The notes under the pieces: model-generated
Databases searched by the model: none
What the model saw: the letters and a program-made list of their open reading frames with translations, nothing else
Told to the model about the DNA's origin: nothing
Origin: Bacteroidia bacterium
Lineage (GTDB): Bacteria > Bacteroidota > Bacteroidia > SpSt-205
Direction of reading: 5' to 3'
Length of the DNA: 64,000 bases
Assembly: GCA_039630245.1 (NCBI GenBank)
Contig: JBCNVK010000001.1
Span: 101,625 to 165,624 of the forward strand
Position numbers and translations under genes: made by a program
Part shown: one piece after another, positions 9,679 through 19,206 of the stretch
How the letters are laid out: each line of letters starts with the position of its first letter
Numbering within the stretch: position 1 is the first letter of the stretch

Positions 9679-10310
9679 TCGCCATAGACAAGCCATATGG
9701 CTGGCGCTCCACCCAAGTCGTGGAGTGGGTCAAACGCACCCTAAGGGTACGGAAGGCGGGTCATGCGGGTACCTTGGACCCTCTGGCTACAGGTCTTGTA
9801 CTGGTGGGGGTAGAGCGGGCCACGCGCTATTTAGCTGAGCTGCAGGCCCTGCCTAAAGAGTATTACGTACTAGTGATTTTCGGCTACCGCACGCGCTCAG
9901 GCGATGCGGAGTTTGCCCCAGAGCCAGTTCAAACGCCTGAGCCGCTAGGACTGAGCGAGCGAAAGGCCCTACTGGCGCAGTTTACGGGCCAAATCCTTCA
10001 GCGGCCGCCGGCTTTTTCGGCTCTGAAGGTGCAAGGCCAGCGGGCCTATACTTTAGCGCGCGCCGGCCAAGCGCTAACCCTAAGACCACGCCTAGTAGAG
10101 ATTTACGCGCTGGAGGAGGTGTATTATGAGCCGCCGGCGCGATGGCTTCTGCGCCTCTCCTGCAGCAAAGGCACTTATGTGCGCAGCCTAGCAGAGGATC
10201 TCGGGACAGCCACTGGATGGGGAGCCTATGTCGGTGCCCTCCGCCGCACCCGAATAGGTTCGTACGTGGTAAGCGATGCTATCCAGCCTGAGCGCTACGC
10301 CTCTGCCTGA
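9669..10310 (+). CDS. truB: tRNA pseudouridine(55) synthase
   Basis: Start refined to the ATG at 9669. Contains ...VRKAGHAGTLDPLATGLL... with the catalytic Asp motif. Confidence 0.85.
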   Translation: MEIIAIDKPYGWRSTQVVEWVKRTLRVRKAGHAGTLDPLATGLVLVGVERATRYLAELQALPKEYYVLVIFGYRTRSGDAEFAPEPVQTPEPLGLSERKALLAQFTGQILQRPPAFSALKVQGQRAYTLARAGQALTLRPRLVEIYALEEVYYEPPARWLLRLSCSKGTYVRSLAEDLGTATGWGAYVGALRRTRIGSYVVSDAIQPERYASA

Positions 10311-11196
10311 AGCCACTCGCTCTAAAGGGCCTATCCTCACCCTAGGCACCTTTGATGGTGTTCATAAGGGGCACGAATACCTCCTAGCAGCGGCCCGCGA
10401 GTGGGCCCAAGCCGAAGGCACTGGGGTGGAAGTGTGGGTATTTCATCCCCATCCGCGCGCCATTCTGCGAGGGGAGAGCCCGCCTCTTTTGACCACTTTA
10501 GAGGAGCGTCTTTTTCTCCTGCGCGCCCAAGCTGAGCGGGTGCGCGTAATACCCTTTACCCCTGAGTTAGCCAAGCTAAGTGCCGAAGCCTTTCTTACCG
10601 AATGGATACAAAAGGAGGCAAGCCCCCAAGGCATAATAGTGGGCTACGACCACCGCTTTGGACGTGGTCGGGAAGGGTCCGCCGAGTTCCTAAGGCAGCG
10701 TGGCATCCCCGTACGCCAAGTGCCGCCTTATACGGCCGAGGGCGCTATCGTGAGTAGCTCGCGCATCCGCCAAGCCCTCGCCGCCGGCGCCTTAGCCGAA
10801 GCCCAGCGCCTTTTAGGTTATCCCTATACCGTACGAGGTCTTGTTCAGCCTGGGCGGGGGATAGCCCGTACTTTAGGCACGCCTACGGCCAACTTAGCCT
10901 TTCCGCCCGAAAAAATTCGGCCGCCCGCTGGCACCTACGCAGGCTATGCAAGCCTAAACGCCCTGCCCTTGCCCGTTAGAGAAGGCGAAGCCGCCCTGCT
11001 CTACCTCAGCCCAGAGGGCGTATTAGAAGTCCACTTTCTCTACGGGACTTCGCAGCCGCTCTACGGGGCCTTGCTCGCCGCAGCCTTCTTACACTTCCTT
11101 CGTCCCTTTACCCCCATAGACTCACCTGAGGTTCTTAGGGCCCAAATCCACTCTGACTTAGAAGCGGCTCACCGCTTCTTCCAGCGGAAATCCTGA
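10276..11196 (+). CDS. ribF: Bifunctional riboflavin kinase / FAD synthetase
   Basis: Nucleotidyltransferase motif LTLGTFDGVHKGHEYLL, plus a C-terminal kinase domain. Confidence 0.85.
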   Translation: MLSSLSATPLPEATRSKGPILTLGTFDGVHKGHEYLLAAAREWAQAEGTGVEVWVFHPHPRAILRGESPPLLTTLEERLFLLRAQAERVRVIPFTPELAKLSAEAFLTEWIQKEASPQGIIVGYDHRFGRGREGSAEFLRQRGIPVRQVPPYTAEGAIVSSSRIRQALAAGALAEAQRLLGYPYTVRGLVQPGRGIARTLGTPTANLAFPPEKIRPPAGTYAGYASLNALPLPVREGEAALLYLSPEGVLEVHFLYGTSQPLYGALLAAAFLHFLRPFTPIDSPEVLRAQIHSDLEAAHRFFQRKS

Positions 11197-11229
11197 AGCC
11201 AAGGGGCCTTTCTGTATCTTTGTGGCGCT

Positions 11230-12063
11230 ATGCGTACCCTAAAAAACCTAGGCGTACTCCTCAGCATGAGTGGGCTTATCTGGGCCCAAGCTAACACCTT
11301 CAAGATTGGAATCGTCGGTGCCCCCCAAACTACCTGGCTCCTCAATCAAGAAGACATGGATGCTGGCCCTATCTTGGACTACAAGACGACCTGGGGTTTT
11401 ATGGGCGGGCTGAGTCTAGGTTACCATTTCTCCAACTATGTAGGCGTAGGGTTAGACCTCCTCTACTCCAGCGAAGGTCAGCGGTACACGGGTAAAGACG
11501 AAGCCCTGCAGCTTAACTGGGAAGGTAGGACGCGGCTAAACTATTTGAAGATACCTTTTCTCCTTCGGCTGGGATCAGACCCAGAGGCGCCTGTACAGCT
11601 TAGTTTCAACTTGGGCCCTCAATTAGGCCTACTTCTAAGCGCCGAGGACAAAATGACCGTTAAGCGGGGCAGCGCTGAGATCTCCCTCTCCGCAGGAAAT
11701 AAAGAAGGTATCCTCTACGAGCAGAGCCCGACTAATCCTGTGCGCGTAAGCCTAGATAAGCCAGCCTACGCTTCTATGACATTTGGGGCTACGGTGGGCT
11801 TAGGTGTGGCCATCCGCCTTAGCGAATCGCTCCACCTATCCTTCCAACTGCGCGGCGACTACACTTTCACCGACATAGAAAATAAAAAGGCCGAGTATAG
11901 CCATGGCACGCATGCCCACGCTTACTGGGAGCAGGATGTCAAGTACCGTTCCGTCAGCCATACTAGTGGTGCGGGACATGATGAGCATGGGAGTGAGCGT
12001 TCCTCTACGGCGGCCTTGACCGGTGGGTTTTTGGTAGGCCTTACCTACCTTCTACCCCTTTAG
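11230..12063 (+). CDS. Outer-membrane beta-barrel protein (porin-like, OMP_b-brl_2 type)
   Basis: Signal peptide MRTLKNLGVLLSMSGLIWAQA, alternating hydrophobic beta-strand pattern, C-terminal aromatic-rich end. Confidence 0.55.
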   Translation: MRTLKNLGVLLSMSGLIWAQANTFKIGIVGAPQTTWLLNQEDMDAGPILDYKTTWGFMGGLSLGYHFSNYVGVGLDLLYSSEGQRYTGKDEALQLNWEGRTRLNYLKIPFLLRLGSDPEAPVQLSFNLGPQLGLLLSAEDKMTVKRGSAEISLSAGNKEGILYEQSPTNPVRVSLDKPAYASMTFGATVGLGVAIRLSESLHLSFQLRGDYTFTDIENKKAEYSHGTHAHAYWEQDVKYRSVSHTSGAGHDEHGSERSSTAALTGGFLVGLTYLLPL

Positions 12064-12189
12064 TAAGGCATGCACCTGCCCCTAATGCGCTGTACGGTGG
12101 GGTATTTCCCCCTACGCCGGTGGCGCTAGTATAAGGGGCAGAGCCACAGGATTAGGGAGTGATAGGTGTAGGTTGCTTTTCTTTGCCCT

Positions 12190-13635
12190 GTGTGGAGGCT
12201 GAGCGCTATAGGGCTCTTCTTGGGCCTGTGGGGGAGGGCGCAGGACAGCTTCCCTCCCCCACCTTTTTACATTCACCCCAGTAAACGGCTAAGCCCAGAA
12301 GAGCTCGCAGAGAAACGCACCGGTACCTTCGTCACGGGTCTTCCACGCTGGGAATATGACCCTATTCGGGGATTCGGGCTTGGTGCGGAGGGTTTTCTGT
12401 ATATAAATGGTACGCGCGCAGATCCCTTTTTCGCCTACACCGCCTATCGCCACCGCATAGATGCTAATATTTTTATCTTCCAGAATACCCGCTATAGCAT
12501 TGTGGCAAATTATGATGCGCCCTTTCTCTTCGGGCGGCCTTACCGCATGCGGGCTAACATAGAGATCATCCGTGATCCAGATGCGCAATACTGGGGAATC
12601 GGCCGCAAGCATCTGTTTAGGCCGCTCTTAGCCCCACCGCGCAGGCCGGGCGAACCGCCCCGCGCCTTTCGCCGTATGGCGGCCTACGAAGAGGCCTTAG
12701 CCGAGCCCTTTTTAGGACCCGACGGTAACTACTATACAGATGAAAACTATGCCCGCATGCTTCTTGAATCGCAGCTTTACAACATAGCCATAGAGCGCCT
12801 GCTAGCAGGCGGCCGACTAAGACTTTTCCTAGGCTATGAGCTAGACCTTACGCGTTTTCGCTCGCATGCTGGCCACCGGACCAAAGTACGCGCCAGCAGC
12901 GGCGAAGTAGTAGAGGCCATTCAGCGCCCTACACGCCTCGACGAAGAATACCGCGATGGAACCTGGCAGCGCTTTCGCCTCAGCGGCTACGAAGAGAGCC
13001 GACGCTGGTGGGTCTCTAGCATTCTGGCATGGGCTATTATGTACGACACGCGCGATTTAGAACCCGATCCCACCCATGGCGTCTTTTTGGAATATTCGCA
13101 TGAGCTCCAGACCCGCTGGCTGGGCAGCGACTTCACCCAAAATAAGGTAATGCTTCAAGCCGTCACCTTTTACACGCCCTTGCGCTGGGGCAAAAGCGGC
13201 CGACTTACTTTAGCCAGTCTTACGGCTTTTGGCTACATTTGGGGCCCACGCGTCAACTTCATAGAGCTTTATGACATTTCCAGCCAAGCTGAAGCTGGAG
13301 GTATCCTTGTGCTTGGCGGAGCCCGTTCAATTCGGGGTTTTCGGGAAAATCGCTTCGTAGCCCCCGTCGTAGCCCAAATCAACCTAGAAGCCCGAACGCA
13401 CTGGTATGCGTTTCGCCTGCTTTGGCAGGATTGGATCATTGGTAGCGTAGTCTTCTATGATGCTGGCACCGTATGGGATGAACTGAGCCAAATAAAGCCC
13501 AATCTCGTTGGCTGGGTGGGCTCGCCCGGCGTAGGCCTGCGCCTCGCCTGGAACCAAAGCACGATTCTGCGATGGGACTGGGGCTTCAGCCGAGAAGGTA
13601 GCCAAACTTTTTTTGCTTTTCAGCATATTTTCTGA
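12190..13635 (+). CDS. Omp85/BamA-family (surface antigen D15-like) beta-barrel protein without recognisable POTRA repeats
   Basis: GTG start and signal peptide. C-terminal barrel motifs ...GGARSIRGFRENRF...GSPGVGLRLAWN...FFAFQHIF. Paralogous to the partial ORF at 63210-64000. Confidence 0.6.
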   Translation: MWRLSAIGLFLGLWGRAQDSFPPPPFYIHPSKRLSPEELAEKRTGTFVTGLPRWEYDPIRGFGLGAEGFLYINGTRADPFFAYTAYRHRIDANIFIFQNTRYSIVANYDAPFLFGRPYRMRANIEIIRDPDAQYWGIGRKHLFRPLLAPPRRPGEPPRAFRRMAAYEEALAEPFLGPDGNYYTDENYARMLLESQLYNIAIERLLAGGRLRLFLGYELDLTRFRSHAGHRTKVRASSGEVVEAIQRPTRLDEEYRDGTWQRFRLSGYEESRRWWVSSILAWAIMYDTRDLEPDPTHGVFLEYSHELQTRWLGSDFTQNKVMLQAVTFYTPLRWGKSGRLTLASLTAFGYIWGPRVNFIELYDISSQAEAGGILVLGGARSIRGFRENRFVAPVVAQINLEARTHWYAFRLLWQDWIIGSVVFYDAGTVWDELSQIKPNLVGWVGSPGVGLRLAWNQSTILRWDWGFSREGSQTFFAFQHIF

Positions 13636-13654
13636 TTAGTCTATATTTGCTCGT

Positions 13655-16600
13655 ATGGGCCGCTGGTCAGGGCTAGTGTGGGCTTGGCTAATCTGGGGCT
13701 ATGCGCAAGAGTGCGGGATCATTTATGTCACGCCTAATGGAGCTAATAGCGGTGCGGCAGGCACGCGCGCCAACCCAGCCAGCCTTTCGTATGCGCTTAC
13801 ACTAGTTTCGCCTACGGCGCGGTATTTACGTTTGGCGCAGGGAACCTACACGCTGGATGCACCGTTAGTAATCGGGATAGACAGCCTAATCTTAGAAGGC
13901 GGCTATTTACCCGCTCAGGGGTGGAAAAAATCCAATACGGCTACTACGACGCTGCGGCGCACGGCGGCGAATGTAGAGCCTAACCCCCCCCGTCTCACAG
14001 CGCTTCAGGCCGTGGGGCGACGCGGCTTTCGCTTACAGGATTTAGCCATAGAAGTAGCCGATGCACCCGGGCCGGGTATTTCTACCTACGGCGTGTATCT
14101 AAATGGTTGCCGAGATTACGCCATAGTGCGGTGTAGGATTCACGCGGGGAAGGGGGGCGATGGGGTAGATGGGGCACCGGGTCGGAATGGGGCAGCTGGA
14201 GCCCCAGGCCAGCCCGGCGGGCTAGGCTGTCGCCGCTGCGATCCTACCACACCGCCCTATACGAACTTAGGAGGGGCTGGCGGTAGCGGGTGGTCTGGCG
14301 GAGCACGGGCGGGCGGCCGCGGCGGCAATGGCGGTGCACGCGGCACCTCTACTAACTGCCTACCCATCATCCAGTGCGCCGACATTTGTGATCCGAACAT
14401 CATCTCCGCCCCAGCCGGGCAAAATGGCCAGCCTGGCAATGGGCCAGGGGCAGGCGCCGGCGGAATAGGCAAACCCGGCCTATGTTACTGCAATAATGGC
14501 CTAAATGCCACCGATATAACGAACTTCTTCAACAACTGCCCTACCCCCTTTACTCAGCCTGACCATACGGGCACAGATGGGCAGCCCGGGGCCGATGGGC
14601 AGGATGGGCAAGATGGCCAGGATGGCGTAGCCCAATTCATAGGGGGCTACTTCGTACCACAGGATGGGACGGATGGAACGGATGGAACGGACGGAAGCGG
14701 GGGTGGTGGAGGAGGGGGTGGGGGAAGCATAGGCTGTATTCCTGGACTCAATGGAGCTACTTACAACTGGAATAGTCCCGGCGGGGGCGGCGGCGGCGGC
14801 GGCGAAGGCGGACAGCATGGCACTGCTGGGCGACGCGGTACGGCTGGCGGTGCCAGCTTCGCTATTTTTCTCTGGGGAAATGGCCCAAATGGCCTAATCA
14901 AGGATTGCCGTTTATCTACGGGCGGCGCAGGCCAAGCTGGTAGGGGTGGTGCAGGGGGCTTGGGCGGTGCTGGCGGCCTAGGCGGAGCGCCGGGTAACGA
15001 CCGCCTCGTTACGGGCGGTAACGCCGCCGGCTGCGAAGGCGGCGCCGGCGGCCGCGGCGGAAATGGCGGCCGCGGCGGAAATGGCTCCGCTGGCATCGCC
15101 GAACTTATCTACCACCACAGCCTTCCAGGGAGCTACGCCCCTATCGTACAAAACAACTTCAACCCCGCTGAACCCCCTATCCTGCTAGAAAATCCTACGG
15201 CCTGCACCTACCAAGCCGTACAACTAAGCACTTCCACTCCAGGCAACTACTTTGTGTGGAATACGGGCGGCGAGCCAGCCGCCGTAATCGGTACCACCGC
15301 TTCCCCCACCTATCCCCAAGCCCGAGCTTATACCCCCACCCTATTAGTGGATGGTCTGCCCTATACGTATGCCGATTTTGTACTTATCCACCGAGCCGTA
15401 CCACTGCCCCGCATCCAGGCCTCCCATACCACTACCTGCGCCGGCTCCTCTGTAACGTTTAGTACCTCCATAAGTGCCGATGGCTACGAATGGCTATTTC
15501 CTGGAGGGCTCCCCGCTTCGGCTAATACTGCTAATCCTGGTGCCGTAACCTTCAGCACCCCAGGAAACTACTGGGTAAAGCTGCGTCTGCGCCATGACTG
15601 CTGCGGCTTCACTCCCTGGGATAGCCTCCTGATACAAGTAGTAGGCACGCCCGTTGTAAATCTGCCGCCAGACACCTTCCGCTGTCCAAATGACCCCCCC
15701 ATTCCCCTTACCGTTTCCACCCTCCCTAGCGCCACCATCACCTGGTACTACAATAACGCCATATTTGCTACAGGCACTCCCACCATAAATGCTTCCAACG
15801 CTGGGGAGTACGCGGTCGTGGTAACTTACCCCGGCGGGTGTGAAGCACGGGACACCTTTCGCCTCCGAATAGAGCCGCAGATTCCCGTTCGTTTGGGACC
15901 TGACATCACTTTGTGTGCGGGAAGCCCACCACCCCTCCTAGATGCGGGCTTAGCGGGTTTCCAGTATCTCTGGACCTATAACGGCGTACCGATTGCTACT
16001 ACTCAAACCCTCCTGGCCGACCGAAGCGGCACCTATGCCGTACTGGTCAGCAACCTCTACGGCTGCACGGGAAGGGATACGATTGTAGTACAATATGAAA
16101 CTTTCAGCGTGGACTTAGGGGTAGATACGGCCGTATGCGACCCTAATGGCGTACGCCTGCGCGCTGCAGGCACCTCATGTCAGTGGAGCCGGGATAATAC
16201 ACCTCTACCCGGAAATGCCTGCGAAATTGTAGCTAATGTATCGGGGACCTATCGGGTAGTAGCCCAGAGTGCTTCGGGCTGCTCGGCTGAAGACGAGGTA
16301 CGGATTACAATCGGCACGCCGCTGCAGGCGCAATTCAGCGGGCCTGCAACAGCCCAAGTAGGGCAGCCCGTTACCTTTACCGACCAAACCACTCCACCGC
16401 CTTCGGCGCGCACCTGGAATTTCGGCGATGGCAGCCCGCCTGTGGCGAACCTGCCTAACCCTACGCATACCTACACGGCGGCTGGCCGCTATCCCGTAGT
16501 CTTAGCGGTGAGTAATGGCCTATGCAGCGACACCGCCGTGCGCCTCATAGAGGTCTTATGGAACTGTAGCGCTATCACTCTGGATGCCGCCTTCACAGCC

Positions 16601-17101
16601 TCACCTAACCCCGTAGACCTCAATACAGGGGGCGGTACGGTGCATTTCCGTAATACCTCCACTGGGGCTACCCGTTACCTCTGGCTTTTCGGGACCGGCG
16701 ATAGTAGTACGGCTGTTTCGCCTTCTTATGCCTATACTCAGCCAGGCCGTTATACAGTGACTCTTATAGCCTATAACTACAACTGCACCGATACCGCCAG
16801 GAGTGAAGTGGAAGTAGTGCGAGACCTTCCCCAGGCGCTGGTAGGCAGCACGCCTTCTTCAGGTCGGCTTCACCTATATCCTAATCCAACGGCTAAATTC
16901 CTATACCTGCGGCTACCGGCGGGGGTGCAGAAGGGGATTCTCTGGCTTTATGACCCGGCTGGGCATCGGCTCGGTGAGTGGGCGTATGCCAATGCGGCTC
17001 ACCTGCAGCTGGACGTAGAAGCGCTGCCAGCAGGCTATTACCTTCTCCTTCTTCAGGACGAGGGCTTGGGTACATTTCGCGGCAGCTTTGTGAAGGAGTG
17101 A
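13655..17101 (+). CDS. T9SS-secreted multidomain cell-surface protein (beta-helix N-terminus, collagen-like GXY tracts, Ig-like Cys modules, PKD domain, type-A T9SS C-terminal domain)
   Basis: Signal peptide, then IYVTPNGANSG..., characteristic of a right-handed beta-helix. (GXY)n runs such as GKGGDGVDGAPGRNGAAGAPGQPGG and GTDGQPGADGQDGQDGQDG. A PKD consensus WNFGDGS...HTYTAAGRYPVVLAVSN. C-terminus LYPNPTAKFLYL...LLLLQDEGLGTFRGSFVKE. Confidence 0.85.
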   Translation: MGRWSGLVWAWLIWGYAQECGIIYVTPNGANSGAAGTRANPASLSYALTLVSPTARYLRLAQGTYTLDAPLVIGIDSLILEGGYLPAQGWKKSNTATTTLRRTAANVEPNPPRLTALQAVGRRGFRLQDLAIEVADAPGPGISTYGVYLNGCRDYAIVRCRIHAGKGGDGVDGAPGRNGAAGAPGQPGGLGCRRCDPTTPPYTNLGGAGGSGWSGGARAGGRGGNGGARGTSTNCLPIIQCADICDPNIISAPAGQNGQPGNGPGAGAGGIGKPGLCYCNNGLNATDITNFFNNCPTPFTQPDHTGTDGQPGADGQDGQDGQDGVAQFIGGYFVPQDGTDGTDGTDGSGGGGGGGGGSIGCIPGLNGATYNWNSPGGGGGGGGEGGQHGTAGRRGTAGGASFAIFLWGNGPNGLIKDCRLSTGGAGQAGRGGAGGLGGAGGLGGAPGNDRLVTGGNAAGCEGGAGGRGGNGGRGGNGSAGIAELIYHHSLPGSYAPIVQNNFNPAEPPILLENPTACTYQAVQLSTSTPGNYFVWNTGGEPAAVIGTTASPTYPQARAYTPTLLVDGLPYTYADFVLIHRAVPLPRIQASHTTTCAGSSVTFSTSISADGYEWLFPGGLPASANTANPGAVTFSTPGNYWVKLRLRHDCCGFTPWDSLLIQVVGTPVVNLPPDTFRCPNDPPIPLTVSTLPSATITWYYNNAIFATGTPTINASNAGEYAVVVTYPGGCEARDTFRLRIEPQIPVRLGPDITLCAGSPPPLLDAGLAGFQYLWTYNGVPIATTQTLLADRSGTYAVLVSNLYGCTGRDTIVVQYETFSVDLGVDTAVCDPNGVRLRAAGTSCQWSRDNTPLPGNACEIVANVSGTYRVVAQSASGCSAEDEVRITIGTPLQAQFSGPATAQVGQPVTFTDQTTPPPSARTWNFGDGSPPVANLPNPTHTYTAAGRYPVVLAVSNGLCSDTAVRLIEVLWNCSAITLDAAFTASPNPVDLNTGGGTVHFRNTSTGATRYLWLFGTGDSSTAVSPSYAYTQPGRYTVTLIAYNYNCTDTARSEVEVVRDLPQALVGSTPSSGRLHLYPNPTAKFLYLRLPAGVQKGILWLYDPAGHRLGEWAYANAAHLQLDVEALPAGYYLLLLQDEGLGTFRGSFVKE

Positions 17102-19206
17102 TGGCAGGCCCAGAGGTGTGGCATACCCCTTTAGCCTATCTCAAAGGCATGGGGCCACGCCGCGCCCAAGTCTTAGAGGCCGAGGTAGGACTCAAAACCT
17201 ACGCCGACCTTCTGGAGTACTTCCCGCGGCGCTACTTAGACTATGCCCAGATTACTCCCATAAGCCAGGCCAGCTTAGAGCATGAGGGGGTTTTCCGCGG
17301 GCGGCTGGGCCCCTTTCAAGTCCGAGCACATCCTGGCCGGTCGCAAGCACTCCTCATAAGCACGCTCTACGATGGCCGAGCCTGGATGGAACTTCGCTGG
17401 TATCAGGGATGGGAATGGGTGCGCCAGAAATTCCAAGCAGGTCAGGAAGTCTTAGCTATAGGCCGCCCTCAGTACAAGCAGGGTAAGCTCTTTTTGGCTC
17501 ACCCTGACCTTATCCCGCTCCGCGAAGGCGTCTCGCCCGACACCTACCTGCGCGTCTATCCTGTTTATCCCCTCACCGAAAAACTCCGCCAGGTTCAATT
17601 AGATAACAAGCGCTTCCATATGCTTTTTGAGGAGCTGTATCGTCTCACAGGCTTTGCGCGTGAGGATCCAATACCCGAATTTATACGGGCTGAGTATGGC
17701 CTTCTACCTCTGCCTGAGGCCTTACGCGCCCTCCACCTGCCCACGAGCGTAGAAGAGGCCGAACGTGCCCGCTACCGGTTCAAATTCCAAGAATTCTTTC
17801 TCCTGCAGGTACTTTTAGTGCGTCGCAAGTACCTCCTCCAGACCCAATACACGGCGCCGGCTTTCAACCAAGTAGGGCCCTTAGTGCGCGAGTTTTACCA
17901 TAAATACCTGCCTTTCCCCCTTACCGAGTCCCAGAAGCAGGTGATTCGGGAGATTTGGCAGGATATGCAGCAGAATGTACCTATGAATCGGCTTATCCAA
18001 GGTGATGTAGGAAGCGGCAAAACGATTGTGGCCCTTTTTGCGGCGCTGATTGCCATAGGGAATGGCTATCAGGTGGCGCTGATGGCGCCTACCGAGGTGC
18101 TGGCGGAGCAGCATGCCCGCAGCTTCCGCAAATGGCTATCCCCCTTAGGCTTGGGCGTAGGACTTCTTCTCGGCAGTACACCCCCAGCCCAAAAAAAGCG
18201 CCTTCTAGAGAAGCTAGCTACGGGCGAACTGCCCTGCGTCATAGGCACGCACGCGCTCTTCCAGAAAGCCGTCCAGTACCACCGCTTAGGCCTTACTATT
18301 ATTGATGAGCAGCATAAGTTTGGGGTGCGTCAGCGCGCTGCTTTATGGGAAAAGGCCCAGCCTTACCGACCCCATAATTTGCTTCTCACCGCTACGCCGA
18401 TACCGCGCACTTTAGCCCTTTCGCTCTATGGGGATGTGGATGTGTCTATAATACGCGAGCTTCCTCCGGGACGCCAGCCCGTCCAAACCCTCCTGCGTAC
18501 CGAGGCCCAGCGGCGCGAGGTATGGCAGCTTCTGCGCAGCGAACTCCAAAAAGGCCGCCAAGCCTACATCATCTACCCCCTTATAGAGGAGTCCGAAAAA
18601 TCCGACCTCAAGGCCGTAACCGAAGGCTACGAGCTCATCTGTGCCACCTTTCCCGAGTATAAGGTAGGGATGATCCATGGACGTCTCAGCAGCGAACGCA
18701 AAGAGCGCGAAATGCAGCTCTTCAAGCTGGGACAGACTCAGATTTTAGTAGGCACGACCGTCGTGGAGGTAGGGGTAGATGTGCCTAATGCTACGGTGCT
18801 TATTGTAGAACATGCCGATCGGTTTGGGCTGTCGCAGCTCCATCAGCTACGCGGGCGGGTAGGGCGCGGAAGCTATCCTTCTTACGCTATCTTCATCGTG
18901 CCTAATACGCCAGGCGAAGTGGCCCTTTCACGCCTACGGGCCCTGGCCCAATATAAGGACGGCTTCCGCATCGCCGAAATAGACCTAAAGCTGCGCGGAC
19001 CAGGTGACTTCTTAGGCACTAAGCAGAGCGGCCTCCCCGAATTCAAAATAGCCGACCTAATTGAGGACCAGCCCATCTTAGAGAAGGCGCGCCTTGCAGC
19101 GCAGCAGCTTATTGCCCAGGACCCTACCCTTCAGCTTTACCCTACCCTTGCCCAGTACCTACTGGAATACGCCGATAAATACCGCTTGGAGCTTTTTACG
19201 GCCTAG
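17101..19206 (+). CDS. recG: ATP-dependent DNA helicase RecG
   Basis: Start refined to the ATG at 17101, overlapping the upstream stop by ATGA. Wedge domain, helicase motif I GDVGSGKT, DEQHKFG box, C-terminal helicase lobe. Confidence 0.9.
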   Translation: MAGPEVWHTPLAYLKGMGPRRAQVLEAEVGLKTYADLLEYFPRRYLDYAQITPISQASLEHEGVFRGRLGPFQVRAHPGRSQALLISTLYDGRAWMELRWYQGWEWVRQKFQAGQEVLAIGRPQYKQGKLFLAHPDLIPLREGVSPDTYLRVYPVYPLTEKLRQVQLDNKRFHMLFEELYRLTGFAREDPIPEFIRAEYGLLPLPEALRALHLPTSVEEAERARYRFKFQEFFLLQVLLVRRKYLLQTQYTAPAFNQVGPLVREFYHKYLPFPLTESQKQVIREIWQDMQQNVPMNRLIQGDVGSGKTIVALFAALIAIGNGYQVALMAPTEVLAEQHARSFRKWLSPLGLGVGLLLGSTPPAQKKRLLEKLATGELPCVIGTHALFQKAVQYHRLGLTIIDEQHKFGVRQRAALWEKAQPYRPHNLLLTATPIPRTLALSLYGDVDVSIIRELPPGRQPVQTLLRTEAQRREVWQLLRSELQKGRQAYIIYPLIEESEKSDLKAVTEGYELICATFPEYKVGMIHGRLSSERKEREMQLFKLGQTQILVGTTVVEVGVDVPNATVLIVEHADRFGLSQLHQLRGRVGRGSYPSYAIFIVPNTPGEVALSRLRALAQYKDGFRIAEIDLKLRGPGDFLGTKQSGLPEFKIADLIEDQPILEKARLAAQQLIAQDPTLQLYPTLAQYLLEYADKYRLELFTA

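Noticed and set aside
12063-12190. Possible terminator or regulatory hairpins between the porin-like and Omp85-like genes (GGGGTATTTCCCC; CCCCTAAT...ATTAGGGA)
   Set aside because: The stems are only 4-8 bp and no U-tract follows. Not convincing as an intrinsic terminator.
14257-15096. Three Pro-rich minus-strand ORFs (71, 105 and 111 aa) inside the collagen-like region
   Set aside because: They are the reverse complement of the GGN glycine-codon tracts (CCN gives Pro), i.e. mirror artefacts of the real plus-strand gene.
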